Shown piece by piece: positions 40,640 through 53,836 of a DNA stretch of 64,000 bases (positions are counted from its first letter, which is position 1; each line of letters opens with the position of its first letter). The stretch comes from Paramecium tetraurelia (taxonomy: Eukaryota), in NCBI GenBank assembly GCA_000165425.1, contig CT868008.1:124001-188000 (forward strand), in the 5' to 3' direction. The position numbers and the translations under genes were made by a program. A model generated the notes under the pieces. That model did no database searches and was not told where the DNA came from. It was given only the letters and a program-made list of their open reading frames with translations.

Positions 40640-41893
40640 TCATTTTACTTTATTTATCTAGTTTAATCCTTAAATTATTTTTATAAAATATTTTAATATT
40701 GACAATCTAGACTGATAATTTGTCCATCCTAATTTTGATTTATTTGAACCCCTCTAGATTTTTGATACATATGAAAAATATGTAATTGATGTATATGATG
40801 TCTACCTTTATTTCGATTGGCTAAAATAATTCTATTTATATTTTATCCTGGGTATCAAAAGTTACGAGCCATTTCAATATCAGTTTGAACTACTTACAGA
40901 TTTGGATTTCTTAATTAATATTTTAGAGAATTTGCTAACTTGCTTAATATTACCTTTATTCTGCATAAATTTTTGCTTGCTCAAAACATTCTAAACCTTT
41001 GACTCTATAATAATTAAGAAGAATCTCATTTTAAAAATCGGAACTCTTAATTTCAATAATTTATTCAATAGTAACTTTCCCTCCGACCTCAACTGGATAA
41101 GCTTAAAACAGAACTCTGACTTCCTGCTTAGTGGAAACTTTGTAATCAGGCACTTCGAAAATGTAACCTTTTCTAACTCCAGATAACAAATTCGGTTAGT
41201 AAAGAGCGTAGGCTCCTTTCTAAGAATCATATATCCATTTATCTCCTTAAGCCTTCTTAATTTAGGTTTTATTTGAATTCATGGGTTAGACTGATAACTG
41301 AATATAATTGGCTACAACTGAAACCAGACCACCCAAAGCTTCAGTAAAACATTCATCAATATTAGTAAGATTTGGAATAAAGTAAAATTATCCTTCTTAA
41401 AAATGAGCAATTTCTGACATTAACTTGGACGACAATCTCCTCCAAAACCAACTGTTTTGATTGTAAATGAATCGCGTATTTTATATTAGTATAGATCCTC
41501 TCTCACTTTCTCTTCAGCAGATACAGGTTTCTTGTCTTTTCTATGTTTTAAAATTGATAAAACCATCTTCATACCATTCCCTATGTCAGTTCCACCTCTT
41601 GCTTGAAGTGATGATATTGCTATTAGAGATTTTTTCTCTGAGATTACATTTCTAGGCTGTCATGTACCCTTTTCCTAGAGAGTTTCTCCATAGTTTAAAT
41701 TATTATTGTTCGATTAATACACTGCTAAAATTTATAGAATGATGCTTACTATCATATATCATCGTCATTAAATCTGCTAGGATTCTAACCAACTATAGGA
41801 ACTCTTTCTTCGAAAAACACTTCATCTTAAACTGATATATTTGGGGAAATTATTGTCCTTAAAATCATCAATACTTGTACATTGGTTTCCCAT
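40640..41893 (-). pseudogene. Decayed von Willebrand factor A (vWA/Vwaint-type) protein gene
   Basis: Recognisable ISSLQARGGTDIGNGMKMVLSILKHRK, TIKTVGFGGDC, GQFYFIPNLTNIDECFTEALGGLVSVVA. Frameshifts near 41825 and 41425, in-frame TGA codons, no DxSxS MIDAS block and no LLSDG motif. Confidence 0.8.
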
Positions 41894-43069
41894 TTTTAAC
41901 ATTAGTGATTGTTTTAATACGCTTTAATTAAATATCCTAGAAAATCTAAATTTATAAGAATTTGTATCTGCTGGAGGATATATCTAGCCAAATTTGGATC
42001 GAAATAACAAAACTGTCTCAAAATCACATTTAAAATATGAACCCCACTATTTCTAACTTCAAAATTACTATTTAAAATGATCCACATAAGAAACACCATT
42101 TTTTATCATATAAGCATTTTGAAGTTTCAATACTGTAAGCTGTATTATTTTTAATATATCATATTATTTTGAGCCAAAAAATTTTAGATTACTGGCCATT
42201 CTTCTAGCTGTTCAACAAAATATCTTTAGAAGAGATATCTGATATTTATATTTATGCCATAAAATGTTATCATCTTATTAATATTAATGGGGAATTTATA
42301 TTAATAGTTGGTTATAATAGTATTTAAGTAGTAAATTAATGGATTATAATTCTTCATTTCTAATTTGCATCTAGAGCAATTATTTATGAGAATTATGATA
42401 TAGAATCTAAGATCCAATAGACAATTTCTAATGTAGATTCTGTTTAAGAAATTTTTTGTTACTTCATTAGCCTAATAAAACATTCAAAACAGATTTATAT
42501 ATTCAAATGACTCAGTAGAAATTTAAATTTTATCAGATAGACTTATTTGATTCACAGTTAATTCAATAACTTTTTCAGCTCATTATGATAAATAGATAGA
42601 TTGTGAATCCACCCGTTTACTTTGTAAAAACTCAAATTTTATAAATTTAATTAAAGAAATGATTGTATAATACATGTTATAATAGAAAATAAAGATAAAT
42701 ATATTGGAAAAATGTCTTAGCACTCAAATAAAAAGCAGTTTAAAACATGTTAGTACGATTTAGACTTGTTGTAAACTATTACTAACTTAAGTACTTTATC
42801 TATTAAATATACTATTCTAAAATTAGGTTTAATTTATTCAAATAAAAGTGTTTCTTAACCGTTATATGAATTAATTATTATATTACAGAAAAATAAAAGT
42901 GAAATAATTATTGATAATGGATTTGGTTTGAAAACATGTAAAATGAATTAAATTAGATTTTCTAAGATTATTCAATAGTAGGTTATAACAAACCTATTGT
43001 GAAATATAGGATAAATTCTAAATTCATCAAGAATAGATCATAAAATGTTAATATTGAAAAAATAAAATG

Positions 43070-43789
43070 TCATAATTTTAAAGCTTCTTTTGGAATTGTT
43101 ATTAGTTTTGGACTCATTAGATCAAACTTTAAGGCGAATTCTGTAAACCTTGTGCACAAAAACATTTCATTCTAATATTGGAATAGACTTATACTTCAAA
43201 ATCTTCAAAGATCTCCTTATGATTAAAATAAGTGTGAGAAAATAATCTATAGAGTCTTCTAACTATAAAAGCAAAATTATTTGTTGCATTTTGAGGATTA
43301 ATTGAAACTCTAATTATAAAAATATAGAGAACCTTGATGGGTATGTTTTAATATTCGTTAAAATAGATGTGCTCTAATCTAAATTATGTATCATGTAATC
43401 AATAGCCGAGCATTCTTATGCTTTTTTATGTGCAGCACATAAGTATAGCCAATCTTCAGTGGCTTTCATTTTTGGACAAGTTTAAGCTGTGCATAATCCT
43501 TTCAATTATGTAACTAAGAGATTTAATTCTAAAATGAATTGTCTTAAATGTTCATATTGCCAAACATGAATATCTACTTCGGGAGGAGGAGTGATGATTT
43601 ATTTTATATTTGATGAGTCAGCTCCTATTTGATGAAAAAGTTAGATTACTTATTAATTCTTAAATGTATTCTTAGACTGCTAAAGGTCCATTCATTTGAG
43701 AGATATCTTCAACATCCCCTAAGGTTAGTACGGAATATGATACATGCCCATAGAAATTCTGCTTTGGTGCCTATTCTATTTCGACGCAT
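43070..43789 (-). CDS. MOB4: MOB kinase activator family, phocein/MOB4
   Basis: MRRNRIGTKAE, MNGPLAVQEYI, VWQYEHLRQFILELN, CPKMKATEDWLYLCAAHK, ECSAIDY, RRLYRLFSHTYFNH. Confidence 0.92.
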
Positions 43790-43837
43790 TTTTGAATTTC
43801 AAATATATAATATATTATTAATGATGATAATTATAAA

Positions 43838-44620
43838 TCACTATTTCTTAGATCTACTTTTTTTAGGGGTTCTTGATCTTTCACGTCTTTTTTGTCTCTG
43901 AATTTTGTCTGATTTCTCTGATTTCTCATAATTTATAGTAATTTTTTTGACAAGCTATGCAATTTAAATAGAAATCTCATCCTCTTTTTAAATAGGAAAC
44001 ACTTTTACAGCTGTGTTTAAGAGATATAAATCTCTTTAATGTTCTTTCTTATATTATTTATAGAGATCTTAAATATCCTTTACCTATTTTCTAAAAATAT
44101 CAGAAATAAACTTGGATTTAAATATTAAGGCTTCACCAGTGCAATGATACTAATTGTACAAAAATTTTTCATTGCTAGATTAATTATTATATTATTCATA
44201 TAAATTTTCAACTTAAAATTTAAAACCAAAATCAACGACTTTATCATCAACAGGTATAAATATTCCACCTAAATCAATTGGATATACATCTTTGGTTTGT
44301 CGTCTAATTTCCTAAGCTGAATTAAATATTGTTTCTTTAGAATTATCACATTTGTCAGCAAATTATAGTCTATATTTTCTATAGATCTCTGTCAATTAGG
44401 TAATTTTATGCACATAGATTTGCAAAGTATGTTCATTAAAACCATAATTAAAATAGTCTGTAATGTTGGAATGCCACTTATGAGATTTTCGCGGTTGTCT
44501 CTAAGGATTGTTAGCATTATTAAGCCATTCTTAATATTCTTTGTATGCATCATAAAAGGACATAGAAAAGGTTTCTGGCTTGGTTAATTTGTACTACTTG
44601 AGTTTATTTTAATCACTCAT
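43838..44620 (-). CDS. FIP1: Fip1-motif protein (pre-mRNA 3'-end processing factor-like) with RS/RE-rich tail
   Basis: NITDYFNYGFNEHTLQIY matches the Fip1 core (DYFNYGFNE.TW..Y); tail KRRERSRTPKKSRSKKQ-TGA. Confidence 0.72.
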
Positions 44621-44732
44621 CAATATTATTATTTAATTAATATTATGCAATTAAAATTGAAATGACTCTTCTATCAAAAAATTAACAGGTAAATCTCATC
44701 CCGATTCTATTAACACAAAATCATATAATTAA

Positions 44733-46240
44733 TCACAATTAATTGTTCTTAACAAATCTATTGCCCTCACTCCTCTGTTTAACAGTTTTAGACCCAGGTT
44801 TTTAATATTTTTAGTTGAATTCGATCGTTCCTTTCGCTTCGTCATGCTTCTGCTATTTAAATAATAGAATTACATTTAATTATTGCTGTTGCTATTACTA
44901 AATTTTTTATTATTTAAAATAATTTGGATCGACTTCGTTTGGGTCAACTGGCACTCCATCTATGTTTTTTAAATTCCTTAATTATTTAATTAGAGTTGAT
45001 CTATAAGTTTAATATTCCTCTTCACCAATAAACATGGGACAAATTGGGTTTTTTATGAGACTCAAATGTGTTAGTTTAGGAAACTTAGTTTAACAATCTT
45101 CTATGAAACTATCTATAAATAGATCAGAATTACATTTCTAAATTATTAAAATTATTCTTATTTGCACTTAAAGTTACGAGTTGTGGAAGTTAAGGAAAAT
45201 CATTTAGATTAAAATAATAATTATTATCAATGATCAACGTCTCTAGATTTTGAAAATAAGCAAATTCCTTTCCAGATTTAAGCAAATTATTCTACTAGAT
45301 TAATATTAAATCAATACAGAAATATCCAAATGTTTGATTTCATTATTCTACATTTGAGTATATTCGTTTAAGTCTTTTAATTTTTTTCCAGCAAGAATTA
45401 ACATTAAAAATAAAATAATTAATCATTGAATAGTTTCATCTAATTTAAATGTTATTTTGAATTACTAGTATTTATTTAATAGTATCAAAAAATCAATTAT
45501 TCTTTGGGTATAATTAAAATAGCCATGAATAACTTAATCAAATTTATCTTTTCTGATAATTCTTTTTATCTTAGACTTAGATGTGTTATATCAGAATTTA
45601 AATTCATTCTTATCAAATCTATCCAATTATGAATGAATTAATAATTTGATTTTAGATAAAATTTCCTCCAAGCATATTGTTTTCCATATCTATTTATATT
45701 AGAAAATTAAAAAGGAAATCTTTTTGATTGTTATTCTAATTTAATCTCAGTTCAAGAATAAAGTTAGGATTTATACCTTAAAGAAATTACATTTAATTGT
45801 TAGTATCTATATCAAATATATCATTTAACAACAGCCTGATCTTTTAAGATAAAGTATATTTACTTGAATTGAAATTATATGAAGGTTTCACGCATTTAAC
45901 TACAATAATTCTTTTCCTATTAATTTTAATAGTAGTTCCTATTTCCATTTAATCCTTCTCTTCTTTTTTATCAATATAAGCATAAAAAGATTATTCTACT
46001 TTGCTAGATTTTGATTTATATTAAAATTACATTTTTAATAACTAATATAAATCTATAATAGATTTTGAATAGAATTTCACTTTTATATATATCCTTAATT
46101 GATATACCCTATTTATAAGAATTAGGTGAATTAAGCAGTGCTATATTATTCTTAAGAAAATTAGATTACATAATAAAACGAAGAACCAATATCACTTCAT
46201 TATTTGGATTAGAGTTTATCAACATTTTAATAAAATCCAT
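44733..46240 (-). CDS. Hypothetical Gln/Ile/Leu-rich protein
   Basis: MDFIKMLINSNPNNEVILVLRF start and basic C-terminus (RSERNDRIQ...SKTVKQRSEGNRFVKNNQL-TGA); exon structure not fully resolved. Confidence 0.5.
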
Positions 46241-46375
46241 TTGAGAGAATATCGAAAAGTGATAATATTCAATGAATGGTAAGTATATTAAAAAAACTTT
46301 GGAAATTATTAATAATATATGTATTAAAATAATTAATTATCATATGCCTTATATATATGAAAAAGAATCATTTTC

Positions 46376-47171
46376 TCATTTTTAGATTTGGCTAATTTTT
46401 TTATCCGAATCATTTTGTTCCAAAATATCTTTAATCACTTTAATTCTTTCAGCCATATCCTAGCCTTGTATTTCGAATCTAAATATAATTGAATAATTAC
46501 TTAACATCATTTTAACTTTGACATTCGAAAATACATGCTTCAAAAAACTGTATAAAAAATAAGGGAGCTTACGTTTTGAAATCCTCATAGGAGTATTCAT
46601 CACAATAAGGCTGAATGCCATCTGATCTTTGTTTCCAAATAAGTGAAAATAGGCCTTTATTTTCATTGGATTGCAATTTGACTATTTCTAATTTGTCATT
46701 GGAATTAGCTAATTTTTCTGTGGCATTTCTTAAATTTAGATATAAAAATTACTTATTTGTTTCAGGGAGATTAATTGTAGTATTGGAAGGCTAAATGATA
46801 TTTACTTTATCTTGTTGTTAATCATTTTTAGGATTGTCTATTATTTCAATATGCTTGCTATCAATTTTATCAATTTTTTTTTCTTTTTTGTTTAATTCAC
46901 TTGGAGGCGTTAATTTGGGCATGGCTACTCTTTTGATAGCAGTTCTGGGTTGTGATTGAACAGTCAATTATCTGATTTCTTCTAGTTTTTTTTCATCATA
47001 TCTTTCACCAGTCAAGGAGAAATAATTGTAATCTTCAATGAGTTCTTTGTATTTCTTCATAGTTTCATCTGATTCCCATGTGGTTTCATCAAAGCCCTTC
47101 CATTTAACTTAGTATTTAATTTGTCCATTTAAGATATTCTTTTTCATGATTTTCTCAGGCTCTTTCATCAT
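46376..47171 (-). CDS. HP1-like protein: N-terminal chromodomain plus C-terminal chromoshadow-like domain
   Basis: EPEKIMKKNILNGQIKYQVKWKGFDETTWESDETMKKYKELIEDY (chromo); Lys-rich hinge; LFSLIWKQRSDGIQPYCDEYSYEDFKTQAPLFFIQFFEACI (chromoshadow-like). Confidence 0.85.
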
Positions 47172-47308
47172 TTTAATTATTTAGGTAGACAAATAATTGT
47201 TCAAACTCTTAAATATGTAAAATATCACCAGGCAAAAATTTAATGTAGAAAATTAATAAAAATTATTAACTATAATATTAAAAATTAAATTTGATATTAA
47301 AATAAAAA

Positions 47309-47614
47309 ATGAATTTAAAACAATATAAAAAGTCGAATTAACTTCCAGATTTTGAGACATTGAAATATCATAGATAGGTTTAGGTGAGTAAGAATCCAAG
47401 CAATTTGATAGAGTTTGTGAATGTAAATAAAAAATTTACTTAAAAATTTGAAAACATGAGTACTCGTGATTGTTTAACTGACATATTTTTGAAAGAATTG
47501 AGTGAAACAGATCAATAATAAAATTATGAATACTCTCCAAATGAATACATTAATTCTTTGATTGTTCACAGAAATCCTATGTTTTTATAAAAAAAACATG
47601 CGAAAATAAATTGA
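47309..47614 (+). CDS. Small hypothetical protein (101 aa)
   Basis: Uninterrupted frame MNLKQYKKSNQLPDFETLKYHR...HRNPMFLQKKHAKIN-TGA filling the gap between two genes. Confidence 0.6.
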
Positions 47615-47659
47615 ATGTGTGTAATAAATTACTTTGTGAAATATAAATTATTAATTTGT

Positions 47660-48639
47660 TCAGACAACAACAACATTGGTGTTATAAACTCCACAAGTGT
47701 TTCCATCTCTCTTTAAGTGGATGTATCCCCTGTCTCCCCATTAAGCACTCCATGAGTTCTTGATTTTCAATGAATTTTTGTCATAACCAACAGCCAAGAC
47801 TGCATGATTTAAGCTTGAATCGCAAGTGCTGAAGACTTTTTCGTCTGATGGGTTATAATATTACCAGTTGGTAGCATCGACTCCAACTGAAACTGGTCCT
47901 TCATTAAGATATGAGATCAAAGCTTCTTCAGTGGCTTCTAATTAGACAGCTCCCTTAATACGATAAGCACCTCCCTTGATTTGGCATGATCCTTAAACTC
48001 CTTTCTAAAAAATTAATATTAAAATAATACATATGGATAAGCAGCTTGAGTTGTGATACCACTTCTCTTGACATATTGTAAGGCTCTGTATGGGAGACCA
48101 CCATTGCATCCAAGATTGAAATCTTAGAAGGTTGAGCAATCCAACAATTATTATTCTGATAAGTTTGGTAATTCACCAGTGGTTTTGAAGAAGAAACCTT
48201 CCAAAACTCCTGTTGTACCGAATGTCCAGCATGAACCACATTATCCTTAGTCCTTAACATCGGTGACTGCTCCCTTTTATGACCAATCAATCTTTTCAGC
48301 AGCTGAGATATTCTTGGCTGGGATTCTTTCCAAATTCAAATCTTCTTATGTGATTTTAAGGGTCAAATAAGTTTCAGCGAATTCTTCTTTTGTTAAATCG
48401 AAGAAGATAGTTTCACCGAACACTCTTTTTCCTTATTACAAGTTGACTGATTCAGCATATAAGACATTCTATGTGTAGACAGCCATTCTGTAGGCATCTT
48501 CAGTTTAAGAATAAACCTTTCCGAATTTCTATTTGAATGTTTGATATTTTGAGGCGAAATCAAGTTATTCTGGTTGATTCACCATCATAAGTGTTCCGAG
48601 GAGTGCGATTGTACCTAAAGCTAATAATGTTTTGGACAT
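47660..48639 (-). CDS. Papain-family (C1A, cathepsin L-like) cysteine protease with signal peptide and propeptide
   Basis: Signal MSKTLLALGTIALLG; FFDLTKEEF propeptide; VKDQGQCGSCWTF (catalytic Cys), LNHAVLAVG (His), IKNSW (Asn). Confidence 0.95.
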
Positions 48640-49945
48640 TTTGTAATTTATTTATCAAAAATACAATACTGCCATTTATGAATTCAATTTCTTTGATGTC
48701 ATTTATAATTTGACCTTTACGTCAGAGTTTTAATAATTTTTTTAATTTATTCATTATTCTATATGGAATGAATTTAATCAAATTAAATTTCAAAATACTA
48801 TAAAAATACTTTCGTCATCGTTAATAAATACTAAGTATATCAAAGATGTAATAATTTGCTACCAAATATCTAAATTCTTCCCTTTAGACATCTAACTATC
48901 CATTAGTATTTTATGTTTCTCTTGAGGTTGATATCTCATTACAGAAGAATTAGAGCCAGAGTAACAAGGACTGAGTGAAAAAAATAGTGCTTTGAATTGA
49001 ATTCAAAACATCAAGAGTTCAAAATCGGGTTTGTAGGTTGATACAATGTATTATAGAAGTTGTAGAGTTAAAGATAAATGGAAGACGTACTCGATATATT
49101 TTCAATAAAAGATCATTTTATAATTATGAGTATTCATTAATGTCTTCATTTTCACATCTTTGACACATACATTAAGGTAGAAGAACGCAGGTCGGTTATG
49201 AATTTTAATGTATGTCTAATAACTCTATTATATATAGAATAAATTGATATTTCAAAAAAATTCTAATTAGAAGATCTACATGTAATTGATTATTAGTCTC
49301 CAAGATACTGTGTATCTTTATTAAGTATTCTTATCAACAAGTAGAGTTATTTTTTTAAATCCACTTCTTCATTGAAAAGACGATCCTAACTCAATTTAAT
49401 CATACGTTCTCTCTATTGCTACCATTTACAAACTGTTAGGAAATACTAAGAATATGTAATTCTGAATCTTTATGCTCCAAAAAATTACATTACTAGGAGT
49501 TAAGATTGATACTGATTTCATATAAAATCAATATAATATAATGTTTAATTATTAAATCAAATTATCAATATAAAAATTAAAAAGAAATAAATATTTATAT
49601 TATCCAACACTATCATCTACAACTATTCAATTGAGAAATGCTTAGTCTTGAATTAATTTTACTAACATCAGATTGGACTTTATTCTATGAAATAACAGAA
49701 AATAAAATTAATAATAATAATAATCAAAATAATTTCTAAACATTGACTTGAATCAGATGTTAACAAGATTATCAAAAAATTGTATATTATTACTTCAATC
49801 TACATATCTTGAATTATTTTAACTACTATTTATTTATTCTTTTTTGTTTTTGGCTTTCTTCTTTAATTAAGAATTTAATGGATATTTTGGAAAATACATA
49901 TAAATGATATTATGTTTATCTATAATCAAACCCATAGGATTGAGT

Positions 49946-51007
49946 TCAAAATTAAGTGCTACGAGCAACTTCCTCTAACACTTCTTTGGCAGGACATTGA
50001 CTCTAATGTTTTGGATCAAATTCTTTACGGTATTCACTGTTATATTAACCATTGTATGATGGATTTAGAGTTGACTATATGTATTGATTAATGTATTTAC
50101 ATCTTATTTACCTTTGGCACTTTAAGTTGTTTCTGGTTTGAAGGGTTTATATGAAGATTTCGATATTGATTCTGCATAAAATTTCAGATCTGGAGGTGAT
50201 AAGGGTGATCTATAAAATTATTCTAATAGTCTTTTACTTTAATGCTTTGTTCATATTCTTACAACTTTGCACTGGTACTGTTTAAGCTCCTTAATAGCTA
50301 TCTTTATAAATGCTCTTTCCCATAAATGGCATTTCTTTGATAACAGTAGGGTTGTTTTATGGTAATAATTGAGGTGTGTCACCCATTCCCCAATTTAAAT
50401 ACATATTATTATAGGTTGAAATTCCAGAGAATGGAACGCCACTAACAGTAGGTTTGGATGTGTTCTTTTGTAATTCTACTTTGCTATTATATCCTGGAAA
50501 ATCATGCTAAAATAATAGTTTCCAAGTACTTACTTTATAAGTGGTAACATTTCCTAAATCACCCTCAGGCTTTGGTTACTAAAAAATGTTTTAGTTGCAT
50601 CTTGATCCATTCTCAGGGGTCTTTTTTACAAACTCCTTTTAATAGATGGTGTAATTTCCATGTAATTAAGGTTTGTTGACACAATTCTTACTGTTGCATT
50701 TATGTTTTCCACAGTTACATAATGAACATAGACACTTTCCTAAAATTGATATAATTTTGATTTCTCACCTCCTAAATGATCGAAATATTAGGAGACATCT
50801 GTTTAGTTATCTCGATTTGTTTAGGAACTCATAATCCTATCGTAGACTTCCTTAAGATGATTATTTATATTATACTTTCTTTTTTGAGGATAACAATTCA
50901 CTGTCTACTCCCTAAGACTAATTAAGAGGACATCCTTTATTATTTTAATTTGGAGTAGATTATTAATCTAAATTCGCTTTGTATTATTTTGGAGTTTATT
51001 AAGCCAT
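49946..51007 (-). CDS. SAXO/FAM154 (STOP-like) microtubule-stabilising protein
   Basis: KCLCSLCNCGKHKC motif followed by short repeats such as TIYQKEF, TTYKHDF, SEYRKEF; multiple tiny introns. Confidence 0.75.
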
Positions 51008-52068
51008 TTTATTAATCAAATAATTTATATTTATATTGATAATATTTTGCAATCATTTTTAGCTATTGCTCTATTTTGTTATTGTTAATAAGAATTAATA
51101 AGTATGATATTATACTCATTTAATCAAATTACAATTATTCAATTATTTGAAATAAAAAAACACTGAGATATAGAAGATTATGAGTTATTTTTAGTAATAT
51201 AAACTTATCTGCTGGTATGGATTCACAAATTTGTTGGTTTTATTAATTTATATATTAATAGGAAATCAATAGATCTATACATTGAGATAATCATATTCTA
51301 AATAGGTTTCCCTCTTTAATTATTTAATTATTGATACTTAAGGGCATTTCTATGCAATAATTAAGATTAATTCACTTAATTTGGAAAGTAATTAGATTTG
51401 CATAATGACTACCACAAGAGATTATTCTCAATATTGCTAATTGATTTTTGTTTAGAATAGTCTAAGTTGAGTAACTAAGTATTTTACCTCATAAAAGTTT
51501 AGGTAGAAAAATATTTTATTATAGACTTCTTGAATATTCTATTCCATTTATAATTAATTGTTGTTACAACTTAAAATTCATCATTAAAGGGCCAAATTTT
51601 TCATTTATCAGGTGACATCTATTTTTAAATGTAGGTTGTGCTCTCTTATGCATGCAAACATTAAAGTATTTCTCATAGAATAACAATAAATGGAAATTGA
51701 TGAAATAGGTAGTTTAAGAATTGTAAGTGATAAAAATGAATAAATTATAATGTTCGAATAACTAATGATAATTTTTGAATAAAACAAAATCACAAAGATA
51801 TTAATTTCAAAATCAAAGTTTACCTTAGAAAAGGACAACAATTAGATTGATAGGTCAATTCCAAAATGTTTACTCAATTATTAAGGAAATAAAGCTGTAT
51901 CTAGAAGATATAATATTGTATTGAAGTGAAGAAATCTCAATTATAATCAACGCATGGAAAACCATAATTAAGAACAAAAAAAGTATAGAATATTGAGAAC
52001 TAACAATAATTCAATGAAAATATATATATTCAATATAATTTTTATTTTTTAATTAACTTTAAGGTTTT

Positions 52069-53582
52069 ATGGAAGTAATATATAACATTAATAAAATTAA
52101 GGTTCTAATTAAAAACCACTATCCTAGTTTGGATAATGAAAAGGTTATCCTATATGAAATAGAAATTAATTATGGAAATAAATCTTGGACAGTCGAGAAA
52201 AGGTATCCTCACTTTATTTAGCATAAGGTTTAAACAGTTTAAGCAATTCAACTAAAGACTAAGAGAATATTTTGGGAACAATATTCCTTAACTGCCAAAA
52301 CAGACATACACGAACTTTATTGTAAGAAAAACGGAACAACAGATAATTCTAAGAAGAAAAGGACTAGAAGATTATTTAAAGCAAATTTTATAGAATGAAC
52401 AAATTGTCGACTCGATAATTTTTAAAGAATTTATTTAATCTCCATCTTTTACAATTTCAAAATTATAATTAGATTATGTAGGAACATTTGAATTAGGTCT
52501 AAGGGATTTCTACTTTTATGAAGATGCAATATTTTTTCTATTAGCAGAAATGAACCCACTAAGTAGAGCAACTAGAAAATTTCACAATATGAAATTCCCT
52601 TGGTAAGAAGTTATAGCTACTTCTAATCTGAAACCTTTGGGATATTTGGATTGTTATATTGGGCCATAGATGATTTGGAGAAAGAAATATAACTCATAAC
52701 CAATTTGCATGTGCGTTACTATGAAGAATATTTTAGTAGGGTAAATTATTAATGTAACTTTAAGGTTGGATAATGGAATAATCAATCATCTTTAATTCAA
52801 ATCTAAAAAGCATATGCTATCATCTTAGGACTATCACTAACACAATGGCAGGATTATGGGATTGCATATTTAAGGAGACAATATATATTCTGTAAGTAAA
52901 GATTAAAGATATAAAGTAATGAGTATAAAAAAAAGTTAAATTTATATTGGTAATTTTGATAACTTAACTTTTTGAGATATTCATCATAAGAATGAATTAA
53001 CTTGTTTGAAATATGATGAAGACAGAGATTATTCATTTATTGGTGACAGAGGTGGAATCATTTACACTTATAATTAAGATACTTTAATATTTAGTTTGGA
53101 TACTAACTTATAATTTATTAGGGATCTTATTATTAAAAAATCCAAAGATACTATCATAGCTATTGGATTTTAAACAGGTTAAGCTATTGTTCTTAATATT
53201 GTTGGTAAAGTAATTTTTTAATTTTAATATAAAAGGAAATTTAGAAATAGGAAGCAACTTAATTCAAAAACAAAATTAAAAGTAGATGTATTGCTTGGTC
53301 TCATTTAAGAGATGAAGCTTACATAGGGAATCAGGAAGGATATGTTACAGTTTGGGATGTTAAAAGGAAAATTCCAATTTATGAAATAAAGCTTCATAAT
53401 GGTCCTATTACTAAAATCTTATGGAATGAAGACGAAGAAATTTTATGCACATCTAGTAAAGACAAAACTTTTAAAGTAATTTTGTTTTCATTTTTTAGAT
53501 CACCTGTTTTAATAAAAATAAAAGAGAAACCCTAATATAAAAATTCAGATTATCTAACGTTAACTTCAAAGGAAATTCATGA
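52069..53582 (+). CDS. PX (phox) domain plus WD40-repeat protein
   Basis: WTVEKRFKQFKQFNQRL...PQLPKQT...RRKGLEDYL (PX); GYVTVWD, HNGPITKILW, LCTSSKDKTFK (WD40). Confidence 0.85.
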
Positions 53583-53836
53583 TTATAGTTTGATTTCATA
53601 GTTTTATTAATTTTTATTAAAAGTATTACTTTTCAAAAAGGATTTAATATTTAAATATTTGTATATCCCAAAAAGAATTTATCATCATTTTGAATTGTTC
53701 AATAACATTGTTATAATTCAAAAGGTACATTGTTTTTATCTTTGTTTTTTTTATTAATAATTTTGTAAAATCAGATAGATGAAATTGTTAGTCAATTATT
53801 TAAACATTTATTTATAGATAAAATAATTTTCAAATT

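Noticed and set aside
41900..42260. Open frame MAQIQISDISSKDILL... upstream of the vWA pseudogene
   Set aside because: It needs an assumed intron, has no recognisable motif and no clear end; long frames arise easily with only one stop codon.
43070..44620. Possible Fip1-MOB4 fusion protein
   Set aside because: Fip1 ends in TGA at 43838-43840, followed by an AT-rich spacer and a separate MOB4 ATG with the canonical RRNR.GTK start.
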